Assembly (NCBI GenBank): GCA_964469155.1
Contig: CAYXXU010000002.1
Location: 26,365-90,364, forward strand
DNA: 64,000 bases
Origin: an uncultured Bacteroidales bacterium
GTDB taxonomy: Bacteria > Bacteroidota > Bacteroidia > Bacteroidales > CAIWKO01
Direction: 5' to 3'
Part shown: piece by piece, positions 1-9,481 of the stretch
Position numbering within the stretch: position 1 is the stretch's first letter
Layout of the letters: every line of letters begins with the position of its first letter
Program-made: the position numbers and the translations under genes
The notes under the pieces: generated by a model
The model's input: only the letters and a program-made list of their open reading frames with translations
Told to the model about the DNA's origin: nothing
The model's database searches: none

Positions 1-1184
1 TATATACCGAATCGTGGCGGCAGATGCGCGATTTCTTTTACGATCCCAATATGCATGGTGTTGACTGGAAGAGTATCTATAAAAAGTACGAACCCCTGTT
101 GCCCTATGTAAACCATCGTGCCGATCTTACTTACATTATTGGCGAAATGATAGGTGAACTTAGTGTGGGGCATGCTTATACCGGCGGAGGTGAAAAGCCC
201 GAGGTGACGAGAATAAAAATGGGAATGCTGGGAGCTGATATCACCAGAGATAATAGCGGATATTTCCGCATCAATAAGATAATGCCGGGCGAGAACTGGA
301 CCGAAGATACCCGCTCGCCGCTGACAGAAGTAGGGGTGGATGTGAAAGAAGGCGACTTTATTATTGCTGTGAATGGCAAATCGGTGAAGGAGGTGGGCAA
401 TATTTACGAATTGCTTATCAATTCAGCCGGGAAGCAGGTAGAACTCACCGTCAATTCAACTGCTACTGACCAGGGAGCGCGAAAAGTGATAGTAGTGCCC
501 ATTGATGATGAAGCCGGTTTGTATTATTATAACTGGGTCCAGAATAACATTGCCAAAGTGAGTAAAGCCACTGATGGCAAGGTAGGCTACATCCACATCC
601 CCAATATGGGTGTGGAAGGTTTGAACGAGTTTGTGAAGCACTTTTATCCCCAGTTGAGCAAGAGCGCGCTTATTATCGACGACCGCGGCAACGGGGGTGG
701 AAATGTTTCACCCATGATCATTGAGCGACTGAACCGTGAACTGGTTTATATGAAAATGTCGCGCAACACCAGTCAGAGTATAGCCGGAGAACAACAGCAA
801 TACGGCCCAAAGATATGCCTTATTGATCAGTATTCTGCTTCTGATGGCGACCTGTTCCCTTATCAGTTCCGCGAACTGAAGATAGGCAAACTGGTTGGCC
901 AGCGCACCTGGGGCGGAGTGGTCGGAATACGCGGTTCTTTGCCTTTGATCGACGGAGGTTTTTTGAACAAACCCGAATTTGCGCATTACGATGCCCAGGG
1001 CAAGAAATGGATCATCGAAGGCCATGGGGTTGACCCCGATGTGGAGGTGGTCAACGATCCCGCCAAAGAATATGCGGGCCAGGACGAGCAACTGAACAAA
1101 GCCATAGAGCTGATATTGGAAGAATTGAAAACCATAAATACCAGGTTGCCGGAAATACCGACTTTCCCGGATAAGTCCAAGTAG
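1..1184 (+). CDS. Tricorn-type / S41-family peptidase, C-terminal portion (5' end outside window)
   Basis: The frame is open from the window edge; residues ESWRQ precede the first Met at 24. The visible 386 aa show an S41 C-terminal catalytic-domain pattern (GGNV...DQYSASDGDLFPY...TWGG) typical of tricorn protease homologues. Family recognised from memory. Confidence 0.8.
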   Translation, partial: YTESWRQMRDFFYDPNMHGVDWKSIYKKYEPLLPYVNHRADLTYIIGEMIGELSVGHAYTGGGEKPEVTRIKMGMLGADITRDNSGYFRINKIMPGENWTEDTRSPLTEVGVDVKEGDFIIAVNGKSVKEVGNIYELLINSAGKQVELTVNSTATDQGARKVIVVPIDDEAGLYYYNWVQNNIAKVSKATDGKVGYIHIPNMGVEGLNEFVKHFYPQLSKSALIIDDRGNGGGNVSPMIIERLNRELVYMKMSRNTSQSIAGEQQQYGPKICLIDQYSASDGDLFPYQFRELKIGKLVGQRTWGGVVGIRGSLPLIDGGFLNKPEFAHYDAQGKKWIIEGHGVDPDVEVVNDPAKEYAGQDEQLNKAIELILEELKTINTRLPEIPTFPDKSK

Positions 1185-1281
1185 GAGGCAGTTCGTTGCC
1201 TGGAGTTGGGAGTTGAAGATTTACCGCAGAGTCGCGGAGAACGCAGAGTGAAAAAAAAACCTCTATTAGGAGCGAAATTTT

Positions 1282-1347
1282 GATGGATCGCAACCCTGAA
1301 TGGTTGTATGCAAACCCTTGACGGATGATGCATTTCCCTAGCGTTTC
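1282..1347 (-). repeat. Solo (2-unit) copy of the 21-bp repeat element that is expanded at 51088-51297
   Basis: The reverse complement of 1290-1333 is identical over 44 nt to 51079-51122 (atgcatcatccgtcaagggtttgcatacaaccattcagggttgc). A further ~14 nt of the head are similar. The copy lies between convergent genes. Confidence 0.8.
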
Positions 1348-1406
1348 CCAGCCCATCCGTCCGGTCATGGGAAGTGGTAACGGGCTATTACTCCTTAAAT
1401 CAAGAT

Positions 1407-2171
1407 TTATTTGAACTCTAAAGGATTATGAGCTAAATGACATTCTACACAATTCATTCCATCGTTATGCTCTTTCAAATCGATCTGCTTAATTTTACCG
1501 GAAGGTTTAGCTGTGGCGTGACATTTTCCGCAAGATTCGCGGCTTTGAGGTTTATTTATATTTTTTGGTGATGGAGACAGCACATGTTCGGTACCTTGTC
1601 CGTGGCAACTCTGGCAGCCAATAGATTTATGACTTCCCTGCAACCTGGTTTTATTAATATTCTGATGACAAATGGTGCAGGTTTCGCCCGACACTTGTTT
1701 GGTGTCGCCAAATTTTGAAATGGCTGCAGTCATTAAGGGTGAGTGCGGATTATGGCAGGTGATGCAATAAGTACTGTTTGGGTTATGTTTCAACGAATCT
1801 ATCTGTTTTTTTGGTCTTGATGAGGCTACATTGCTAATATCATGACATTTTAAGCAAAACGCTTTAGAGGAATTTGTATTCAGTACAAATTTTTTAGGAT
1901 TGCGTGTATGCTTAAAAGCCGGACCATGACACATTTGACAACTGAGCGTGGCGTGAGTGCCCGTTATTTTAATGGAATCAATTTTAATGTGACATTTTTT
2001 ACACCAAACGGCCTCAATATTATCCGGGCCCATATCCTGTTCAGATGTAACTGCAGGCTGTTGATTATTGTTTTCCGGTAAATGATTCGGCTTTAACAGG
2101 TAAAATAATACTGCTCCTATGCATAAAATTACCAGAAGGGTGGTTAAAATTATTTTTATTTTTTTTGACAT
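1407..2171 (-). CDS. Membrane-anchored octaheme c-type cytochrome
   Basis: 254 aa with an N-terminal hydrophobic anchor (ILTTLLVILCIGAVLFYLL). Eight CxxCH haem-binding motifs: CKKCH, CQMCH, CLKCH, CITCH, CTICH, CQSCH, CGKCH, CVECH. Confidence 0.85.
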   Translation of the reverse strand: MSKKIKIILTTLLVILCIGAVLFYLLKPNHLPENNNQQPAVTSEQDMGPDNIEAVWCKKCHIKIDSIKITGTHATLSCQMCHGPAFKHTRNPKKFVLNTNSSKAFCLKCHDISNVASSRPKKQIDSLKHNPNSTYCITCHNPHSPLMTAAISKFGDTKQVSGETCTICHQNINKTRLQGSHKSIGCQSCHGQGTEHVLSPSPKNINKPQSRESCGKCHATAKPSGKIKQIDLKEHNDGMNCVECHLAHNPLEFK

Positions 2172-2478
2172 GCTTCCAAATTTAAATTAGCGAAAAACAT
2201 TCTGCGATTCATTGGTGATCCAATGTCTGATGTACTACTTAAAAAGTTGACAACTATTTATTAATACAGCAAATATCAAACTTTTTCTTTAATTACAGCA
2301 TGAGTTTTCTTTTAACTTGCATCTTCTTAATAGGTTTGGACCAAAATTAAGATTTGAAGTCTGTATTGCTGATGTCAAATAATCACTCGTAGAGATAGGT
2401 AGCTCTTTCTTATTGATTCGAATGATATTTCACCATTTGTATCTTGATATTTATTCCAGTGAATGAAAACAACAAAAA

Positions 2479-2501
2479 AACCGAAAGCATAGCCTCCGGT
2501 T
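2479..2501 (-). terminator. Hairpin plus U-tract after the Rh-type transporter gene
   Basis: The stem is aaccg/cggtt. On the minus strand it is followed by a T-run (plus-strand A-run 2472-2480), 28 nt after the stop at 2529. Confidence 0.45.
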
Positions 2502-2528
2502 TCCTGTAATAATGAAAATGTGTTTCGA

Positions 2529-3761
2529 TTAATTCGGTCTGACTGCTTCTTCCTTTTTAAATTCCGGGATTCTGGGTTTAATTTCTTCTACTTCTACATC
2601 GAGGAATTCTTCGGCATCGTCGTAAGCTTCTTCCTTTCGGCCTAAAACCGGTAATATTTTACCTACAATAAATCCGGTAGCAAAGGCAAGCACTATGGTT
2701 ATCAACATTCCTAGTAACTGGTTGCCGATATTCAATCCTTTGACCAAAGGTATTACGGCCAAACCTCCCATCAAACCAGGGATACCATGCAGGTTGGTTA
2801 CACCGCAGGTGTCAATGATTTTCATCCACGATTGCTGACGCGACTGTATGAGTGCAAAACCCATGGTGGAAATACCTCCTGCCATGATACCTATGATAGC
2901 GGCCATGGTATGACTGGCCACCACACAGGACGAACCAATCGCAACTCCTCCGGCCAGGGCTGCATTGGCAATGTCGGCTATGCTGACTTTTTTTCGTAAG
3001 GATATAGAAAAGATATAAGTGGCCAGGGTAGATCCGCAAAGGGCCATGATGACATTTACAACGGTATGTGGCATTTCGGCAGGGGTGACCAAAGCTGCAC
3101 AGAAGCTAGGCCAGAATATCCAAAGGGCCATACTTCCGAGCATGGAATAGCGGTCGGAGGTGGCATCTGATTCGATGGTCTTTTCCATTTCCTGTTTGGT
3201 AGTCATAGTAAGAGCAACACCCAAACCGAAAATAGCACCAAAAGCATGTATCACAATGGAGCCTCCCACATCAACCACGCTGCCCGGACCAATAAGTCCG
3301 AGGCCTCCCCCCAGAACAATCCATTCGTTAAAAGCATAAGCAGGAACAAATAAAATTCCAAGAAGAATGTATTGCGGCATTTTTAAACGGCCCAACACAG
3401 CACCAGCAGCTATCAACAGACTGGCAGCACCAAATTCGGCCAGAATGAGTTTTTGTACTTCGCCGTTCTCAATACCGGTGATACCTGTATTTTTTATCAG
3501 GAAATACAAGGGAAGGGCAGTACTAACCAGGAGGAAAGTGGCTGTTAAGGCAGATCGACCATACTTGCGGACAAATACCATTAGAAATCCAAAACCGATC
3601 AGTAACATGACCATGATATGTATGGCCCGGTTGTAGCGCTGGTCATTGATGACGGCATAGTCGAGATCGTTTGTTACAGCTTCCTGTGCAAACGAAACCA
3701 TCGATATTATTACCAAGAATAATGTCGCTGAAAATTTTTTGAGAATATCTGAAAAGTTCAT
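2529..3761 (-). CDS. Rh-type (Rh50-like) ammonium/ammonia channel
   Basis: 410 aa, polytopic, with a signal-like N-terminus. It has the motif VDVGGSIVIHAFGAIFGLG, which resembles the Rh family (D-x-GGS-x-x-IH-x-FGA-x-FGL), rather than the Amt signature DFAGG-x-VVH. Confidence 0.75.
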   Translation of the reverse strand: MNFSDILKKFSATLFLVIISMVSFAQEAVTNDLDYAVINDQRYNRAIHIMVMLLIGFGFLMVFVRKYGRSALTATFLLVSTALPLYFLIKNTGITGIENGEVQKLILAEFGAASLLIAAGAVLGRLKMPQYILLGILFVPAYAFNEWIVLGGGLGLIGPGSVVDVGGSIVIHAFGAIFGLGVALTMTTKQEMEKTIESDATSDRYSMLGSMALWIFWPSFCAALVTPAEMPHTVVNVIMALCGSTLATYIFSISLRKKVSIADIANAALAGGVAIGSSCVVASHTMAAIIGIMAGGISTMGFALIQSRQQSWMKIIDTCGVTNLHGIPGLMGGLAVIPLVKGLNIGNQLLGMLITIVLAFATGFIVGKILPVLGRKEEAYDDAEEFLDVEVEEIKPRIPEFKKEEAVRPN

Positions 3762-3798
3762 TGTAAGATATTAAGTGGTTAAATTGATTTTTACGCGG

Positions 3799-3806
3799 CA
3801 AAAATA
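3799..3806 (-). promoter_or_regulatory. Bacteroidota -7 box (TAnnTTTG on minus strand)
   Basis: Plus strand reads caaaaata, which is TAtttTTG in reverse complement. It lies 38 nt upstream of the ATG at 3761. Confidence 0.4.
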
Positions 3807-3930
3807 TCCTTTTAAACAATAAAAAAAATAATTCTGCAATTTTCGGTAATATACTTTAAAGGATATACCGAAAATATATCAAAAGAACACTTAATATTCC
3901 TGTTATACGGTAGTGACTATTCAATGAAAC

Positions 3931-3963
3931 ACGAAAACCCCGATTATGATGCGGGGTTTTCGT
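3931..3963 (-). terminator. Strong hairpin after amtB
   Basis: Perfect 12-bp stem acgaaaaccccg / cggggttttcgt with a 9-nt loop, 18 nt after the amtB stop. This implies the downstream Rh gene is a separate transcription unit. Confidence 0.65.
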
Positions 3964-3980
3964 TGTGAAATATATAGGTT

Positions 3981-5195
3981 CTACAAAGCTCCTTCGTCGT
4001 AAGCCTTTTCGCCGTGTTGGGAATAATCCAGCCCTATAATTTCGGAATCTTTTGAAACTCTGACCGGAGTGATCAGGTTTATTAATATCAGCATAATATA
4101 AGTAAAGATGAAAGCATAGGCTGAAGCAAGCACAACTGCTATGGTTTCTTTCATGAAGAAATTTGAACCGCCAAACAGAATTCCATCGGCTCCGGCCGGA
4201 TTAATAGCCTTTGATGCGAACACACCGAGCAGTATGCATCCTAAAAATCCACCCACACCGTGCACTCCCCAAACATCGAGGGCATCGTCCCATTTCCATT
4301 TATTTTTGAATTGAACGGCCAGATAGCATACACCTCCTGCTGCGATACCAACCAGTGGTGAGGCCCACAAAGGTATGAAACCCGCGCAGGGAGTTATGGT
4401 CGCTAATCCTGCAATGGATCCGGTAAGCAAACCAATGAATTTTGGTTTCTTCTGGTGTATCCATTCGATAATAACCCAGGTGACCGTTGCAAAAGATGCT
4501 GCAATATCGGTATTAATAAAGGCCAATGAAGTAATATGGTCTACAGCGACTTCGCTACCGGCATTGAAACCATACCATCCGAACCATAAAAGACCGCTTC
4601 CGATGGCTACTAAAGGAATACTATTGGGAGTATTGTTTTTTTCTACACGGGCACCCACATAAAATACTGAGGCCAGCGCTGCAAAACCTGCCGTTGCATG
4701 AACAACGATACCACCTGCAAAATCGATAACACCCCATTCGGCTAACAGACCACCGCCCCATATCATGTGGACAAACGGATAGTAAACCAGTATCTGCCAG
4801 AAAGTAAGGAAGATCATGTAAGCTTTGAAATTAACGCGGTTAGCGAACGCTCCGGTTATCAAAGCAGGGGTGATGATGGCAAACATCATCTGGTAAGCAA
4901 TAAAAACGAATTCAGGAATTTTTCCGTTGGTATACATGGAATCCATGCCGACTCCGTAAAGAAATGCTTTATCAAAGTTTCCAATGATACCTCCTGCACC
5001 GCCACTGAAACACAAAGAATATCCGAAGATCACCCACAAAACCGTTGTCCATCCCAGCGAAGCAAAACTTTGAATCATAATACCAAGAATGTTTCTCTTG
5101 GTCGCCAGGCCTCCGTAAAAGAACGCGAGTCCGGGCGTCATTAACATAACCAGGCTGCATGCAAGCAGCATAAAACCTGTTGAACCAGTATCCAT
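3981..5195 (-). CDS. amtB: Ammonium transporter, Amt family
   Basis: 404 aa. Canonical Amt motifs are present: LMTPGLAFFYGGL near the N-terminus and IDFAGGIVVHATAGF. Confidence 0.93.
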   Translation of the reverse strand: MDTGSTGFMLLACSLVMLMTPGLAFFYGGLATKRNILGIMIQSFASLGWTTVLWVIFGYSLCFSGGAGGIIGNFDKAFLYGVGMDSMYTNGKIPEFVFIAYQMMFAIITPALITGAFANRVNFKAYMIFLTFWQILVYYPFVHMIWGGGLLAEWGVIDFAGGIVVHATAGFAALASVFYVGARVEKNNTPNSIPLVAIGSGLLWFGWYGFNAGSEVAVDHITSLAFINTDIAASFATVTWVIIEWIHQKKPKFIGLLTGSIAGLATITPCAGFIPLWASPLVGIAAGGVCYLAVQFKNKWKWDDALDVWGVHGVGGFLGCILLGVFASKAINPAGADGILFGGSNFFMKETIAVVLASAYAFIFTYIMLILINLITPVRVSKDSEIIGLDYSQHGEKAYDEGAL

Positions 5196-5227
5196 AATTT
5201 TCTCCTTTTTTAAGTGATTAATATTAA

Positions 5228-6055
5228 TTAAAATGTAAGTCCGAAAACAAAGTGAAAGCTCGATGCCTGCGGGTTGAAAATGACAGATGCTTTCAACGGC
5301 AGATCGAAATGTTCAGTAATTTTTATTTTTCTATATCCTGTAATACCCATATTCACCACAGCGAAACCACCGTCGTAAGCAGGTGTGCTGTATACACTGG
5401 AAAAAGGCGTAGCACCCACAAATGCGTCGAAGTTGAATTCCTTGATGGCAAATGAATACCCTAATTCGATGTAAGTGGAATAGCGGTTTTTAAATTTTAA
5501 GGACTGAAGCTTTCTGGTAGCAGTAAAAATACTGTCACCGGAAGTTTTATCATTTCCAAATACATAGGTACCCACCAATACGCTGATAGGAAATTTTTCG
5601 GGTCCTTTATATTGCAAAGTAGCCTCTATGGAATGTGAAGTGTATTTTGTCAGATTTACACCTGAAGTGGTGTCAAATTCAATTTCGGAAGGTGATTTGC
5701 AGTAGGAATAACGTGTGTCGTTCAGATCGGTTGCCAGTGCTGGAATATAATAATCAGTTACGGTGAGTGAAAACCCTTTTAGGGAGTATTTCAGATAGAG
5801 ATCGGATTCGACATAATTGTTGGTTAGAGCAATGGCTCCCCAGTAGCCCAGTTCGAAGTTTCCCAGACCAAATGATAGAGTCGGTTGTATGCTGGGTGAA
5901 CTGCCATAATCCATCCCTCGCCATACATAACGACTCATCAGATCGGCTCCAACATTTAGTTTAAAAGGGAATTTGCATTTTTTTTCCTGGGCTGTTACAT
6001 TAACAGTTGCAGAAAGGGCGAGCAACAAAAAACATAATGGTAAAAATCTTTTCAT
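5228..6055 (-). CDS. Putative outer-membrane beta-barrel porin co-transcribed with amtB
   Basis: 275 aa with a signal peptide (LLLALSATVNVTAQ), alternating beta-strand pattern, aromatic-rich sequence and a C-terminal F. The gap to amtB is 32 nt. Confidence 0.6.
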   Translation of the reverse strand: MKRFLPLCFLLLALSATVNVTAQEKKCKFPFKLNVGADLMSRYVWRGMDYGSSPSIQPTLSFGLGNFELGYWGAIALTNNYVESDLYLKYSLKGFSLTVTDYYIPALATDLNDTRYSYCKSPSEIEFDTTSGVNLTKYTSHSIEATLQYKGPEKFPISVLVGTYVFGNDKTSGDSIFTATRKLQSLKFKNRYSTYIELGYSFAIKEFNFDAFVGATPFSSVYSTPAYDGGFAVVNMGITGYRKIKITEHFDLPLKASVIFNPQASSFHFVFGLTF

Positions 6056-6187
6056 AATCTTAAGTTTTTTTACGGGGTAAAAGTATTGATTGCCTGAATA
6101 CCGGCAAATAATAGATTTTGCGTAATTTACACTACAGATTATACCTATGAATAGGTATTTTACCTAGATTTCAGTAAGGGTTGAAAT

Positions 6188-6853
6188 TTATTCGGGAATT
6201 TCGATGATCTTATTCTTTATGCCATAGATGATGAGTTCAGCGCCCGATTTGATCTTTAGCTTTCTCATGATATTATTTTTATGACAGTCGACGGTTCTGA
6301 CGCTAATAAACAATTTTTCGGCAATTTCTTTATTGGACAGTCCGGCCCCGAGTTTTTCGATGATCTCTTTTTCGCGTTGGGTAAGGGATTCATCTTTATC
6401 CATCCGGTCGAATCCAGTTCGTGATTTCTTGATATAACTGCGTAAAATGTTCGACGAAATAAGTTTGCCCAGATATTCTTCTCCATCAGCAATGGTGTTG
6501 ATTGCTTCCAGAAGTTCTTTTCTGGAGGTATCTTTGGGTAGATACCCTTTGGCTCCATTCATCATGGCACCGACCACAAAATCTTCATTCTTGTGCATTG
6601 ATAAGATGAGGATATTCACATCAGGATACTGCCCGGTGATGATCTTTGCCAGTTCTATTCCTGAGGTTTTGGGCATGGTGATGTCGAGGATCAGGATATC
6701 CGGTTTGTTTACCTTAAGTAAACTCAACAGTTCATCGCCATTTGATGCTTCGGCAATCACTTCGAGGTTTTCTTCGTCCGAGAGCAGTGATTTGATGCCA
6801 TCGCGAAATATCTGATGATCATCGGCGAGGATTATTTTTATTTTTTTTACCAT
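6188..6853 (-). CDS. NarL/LuxR-family response regulator
   Basis: Receiver domain (ILADDH..., phospho-acceptor context ILILDITMP). C-terminal LuxR HTH (LTQREKEIIEKLGAGLSNKEIAEKLFISVRTVDCHKNNIMRKL). Confidence 0.92.
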   Translation of the reverse strand: MVKKIKIILADDHQIFRDGIKSLLSDEENLEVIAEASNGDELLSLLKVNKPDILILDITMPKTSGIELAKIITGQYPDVNILILSMHKNEDFVVGAMMNGAKGYLPKDTSRKELLEAINTIADGEEYLGKLISSNILRSYIKKSRTGFDRMDKDESLTQREKEIIEKLGAGLSNKEIAEKLFISVRTVDCHKNNIMRKLKIKSGAELIIYGIKNKIIEIPE

Positions 6854-6951
6854 GATTTATAATTGTCAATTGCGTTATAAATTTTTAACATGCCCTGAAA
6901 AAACTCATTTAATTGGTTTATGCCTTATTCTATTCGATTATGCGGAATTAC

Positions 6952-7584
6952 TGCCCTGAAAGGGCTTAAGCAATAGCATAGGACAACGTCCTATGCTATT
7001 TAAGAATGAAGAATCTTCGCCCTGTAAGGGCATCAGCCTAATCCCATACATATCTCTCATCATATTCGACGTTGTATTTCTTAAGAAAAGCCCTGAATTC
7101 TTCCTGAAAACTCTTGATTTTATGATGTTTGTATTGGTTAATAATATAATCAACGACTTTATCTGTTTCAGCAGGATTAACTGAAAAGATTCCATATCCG
7201 TCCTGCCAATAAAACTGAGAATATTTTTCGTCTTTCGTTTTTATCCATTTGGATGATTGTTTTTTTATTTCTTCTACCAATTTCATCTGTGCTACTTTAC
7301 GTGATAAAAGGTACAAAATGTGAACATGATCTTTATGTCCTCCAATTCTAACAGGATTACATTCCAATCCTTTACAAATGCCCCCCATATATTCATACAA
7401 TGAGTATCCAATGTTTTCATCGATGAGGGGTTTCCTGCTTTTTGTACTGAACGTTATGTGAACATAAACCTTTGATAATGATTGTGACATTTTTTTTTGC
7501 TTTCGCCCTTACAGGGCTTATAAATATCATTTACTATGGCTCAAAGGTCGATGCCCTTTGCTTCTGCTACTGCCCTTACAGGGC
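6952..7584 (-). mobile_element. RAYT gene with flanking REP-like hairpins
   Basis: There are four copies of a 13-nt hairpin. gccctgaaagggc (6952-6964) and gccctgtaagggc (7018-7030) lie 3' of the gene. The reverse-complement form gcccttacagggc (7505-7517 and 7572-7584) lies 5' of it. A perfect 13-bp-stem hairpin is at 6971-6999 (aatagcataggac-aac-gtcctatgctatt). Confidence 0.75.
7038..7490 (-). CDS. IS200/IS605-like Y1 (HUH) transposase, RAYT type
   Basis: 150 aa. HUH motif in KDHVHILY, catalytic Tyr context WQDGYGIFSV, and an N-terminus SKVYVHITFSTKSRKP typical of Y1_Tnp proteins. Confidence 0.88.
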   Translation of the reverse strand: MSQSLSKVYVHITFSTKSRKPLIDENIGYSLYEYMGGICKGLECNPVRIGGHKDHVHILYLLSRKVAQMKLVEEIKKQSSKWIKTKDEKYSQFYWQDGYGIFSVNPAETDKVVDYIINQYKHHKIKSFQEEFRAFLKKYNVEYDERYVWD

Positions 7585-7650
7585 CTTAATAATTCTAATC
7601 ATAATCTTTCCTAAGCAATTCACTACACAAAAATACGAAGGTTTATCCAG

Positions 7651-9450
7651 CTATGAATGAATCCTTAACTTTACTTCTATCCGGGTTCCCTTGCCTGCAG
7701 CAGAAATAATCTGGAAGGTTCCACCCAGAATTTCTGCCCTATCGTGCATATTATAGATACCGTTCCCGCTTTTTCTTTTTTGTTCAGCATCAAAGCCTTT
7801 GCCGTTGTCTTCAATACTAAGGTGGATTGTTTCATTCTCATACAAAAAGTTTATATCCACTTTGGTTGCTTCCGAGTGTTTTACAATATTGTTAAGGGCT
7901 TCCTGAATAATACGGTAGAGGTAGATCTTAATATTGTTTTCGCATTTCTCAGGGAGTTCATTATAATGGAAAGTAATACGGATGTCATTATTGGAACGTA
8001 TCTCTTCGCAAAGGTTCTCAATGGCACTGATCAGCCCGAATTGGGTTAGCACCGGCGGCATAAGGTTTTCAGACATGCTGACTACTTCCCTTGAGGCAGT
8101 AGTGAGGAGGTTCTTGGCTTCGTCTATAATCTGTTGTTTCAATTCCGGACTGGCATTTTCGGCTCTTTCGAGCTTCATTTTAATAGCAAGAATGTGTTGC
8201 CCCAACCCGTCATGCAACTCGCGCGAAAGGCGCTGTCTTTCCTGTTCCTGACCGTCAATGACTGACGTGATACGTTTTGAACGCTCTTCCTGCAGTTCTT
8301 CTGTCTGCATTTTTATTTTTCCCGACATTTTGTTGAATGCGCTTGTCAGGTCGCCTATCTCATCGGTAGAGTTGTTTTCGAGTTTAGTATCATAATCTCC
8401 TCTTGAAATTGAATCTGCAGCCAGTTTCAGTTTTACTATGGGTGAGGAAATCCTTTTTGAAATGATAAAAACAATGCCGAAAATAATGATCGAAATGATG
8501 AGACTCAGAATAATGATGCTGTTTCGTAAGGTATAGATAGGTATCATGGCTTCTTCCACGTCTATCTCTACCAATATCACCCAGTTCAATCCGGGGATAT
8601 TAATTTTGCAGTAAGAGCCCAGAACCGTAATATTTCGATAATCCTTGTATTCTCCTGTCCCGTTGAGATTCTGAAAGGCTTTTTCTACGGCAAGTGTCTT
8701 TACCAATTGCTTGTTCACTGAATTACTTTTAAACCTGGATGAAGTGCGCATAATACGGTCAGAACCCACTACATAGGCTTCTCCGGTCTTTCCAAGTCCA
8801 TTCAGTACGTTGGTGTTGAACATAATGGAATTGATAGAAGCCATATCCATCTCGAACAATAATAATCCTGTTTTTTCGTTGGTGTTATTGTTTTTAAGAC
8901 TAGCCCCCAGGTAGATCTTTTTATTGACGAGGTCTTCCACAATTGATACCCGGTTCGATTCATTTATCTTTTTCAGGTATGCTATGATATCATCCCCGAA
9001 CTTTTCAGATAAAAATGTAATCCCTTTTTGATAAGGATTTGGCAGTTGGATGAAACAATTGAGGTGATGGGTTTGAAGGATAATGTTTTTAAAATCCAAT
9101 TTTTCGCTGAAATTCTTTGCAATTTTTTCTTTGAATTCAGAATCAATAAAGCGTAAATAATCACCGCTTCTTATTTTGCCCGATTTATAATCAGGCGCTT
9201 TTTTTATGATTCCTTCCCAGTTCTCGAAACGGCTGATCTGGCTCACTTCGTCCATCCTTTCCATAAGGTAGTTCTCAATATTCCTCTCTTTTTCGAATTT
9301 CACCGAGTTTAGTTGGTCGTAGGTGCGTGAGATAAGAGCATTTTTGGAGGTAAAGTAGGAGTAAAGGCTGAGAATGAAAATAGTGACCAGGCTCAGTGCG
9401 AAATAATAACCGAATAGTTTTTGAACCAATGTTGTTTTATTCCTTTTCAT
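7651..9450 (-). CDS. Sensor histidine kinase (NarX/LiaS-type, HisKA_3)
   Basis: 599 aa. N-terminal TM segment, extracytoplasmic sensor region, second TM segment and HAMP. H-box RLSRELHDGLGQHILAIK. ATPase motifs DNGKGF and GNGIYNMHDRAEILGG. Confidence 0.9.
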   Translation of the reverse strand: MKRNKTTLVQKLFGYYFALSLVTIFILSLYSYFTSKNALISRTYDQLNSVKFEKERNIENYLMERMDEVSQISRFENWEGIIKKAPDYKSGKIRSGDYLRFIDSEFKEKIAKNFSEKLDFKNIILQTHHLNCFIQLPNPYQKGITFLSEKFGDDIIAYLKKINESNRVSIVEDLVNKKIYLGASLKNNNTNEKTGLLLFEMDMASINSIMFNTNVLNGLGKTGEAYVVGSDRIMRTSSRFKSNSVNKQLVKTLAVEKAFQNLNGTGEYKDYRNITVLGSYCKINIPGLNWVILVEIDVEEAMIPIYTLRNSIIILSLIISIIIFGIVFIISKRISSPIVKLKLAADSISRGDYDTKLENNSTDEIGDLTSAFNKMSGKIKMQTEELQEERSKRITSVIDGQEQERQRLSRELHDGLGQHILAIKMKLERAENASPELKQQIIDEAKNLLTTASREVVSMSENLMPPVLTQFGLISAIENLCEEIRSNNDIRITFHYNELPEKCENNIKIYLYRIIQEALNNIVKHSEATKVDINFLYENETIHLSIEDNGKGFDAEQKRKSGNGIYNMHDRAEILGGTFQIISAAGKGTRIEVKLRIHS

Positions 9451-9473
9451 TTTTTGCTTTAGGAATGTAGAGC

Positions 9474-9481
9474 CAAAAGTA
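9474..9481 (-). promoter_or_regulatory. Bacteroidota -7 box for the kinase gene
   Basis: Plus strand reads caaaagta, which is TActTTTG in reverse complement. It lies 24 nt upstream of the ATG at 9450. Confidence 0.4.

Noticed and set aside
2787-5144. Several 60-125-aa ORFs inside or antisense to the two ammonium transporter genes
   Set aside because: They are shadow ORFs within strongly supported transporter genes.
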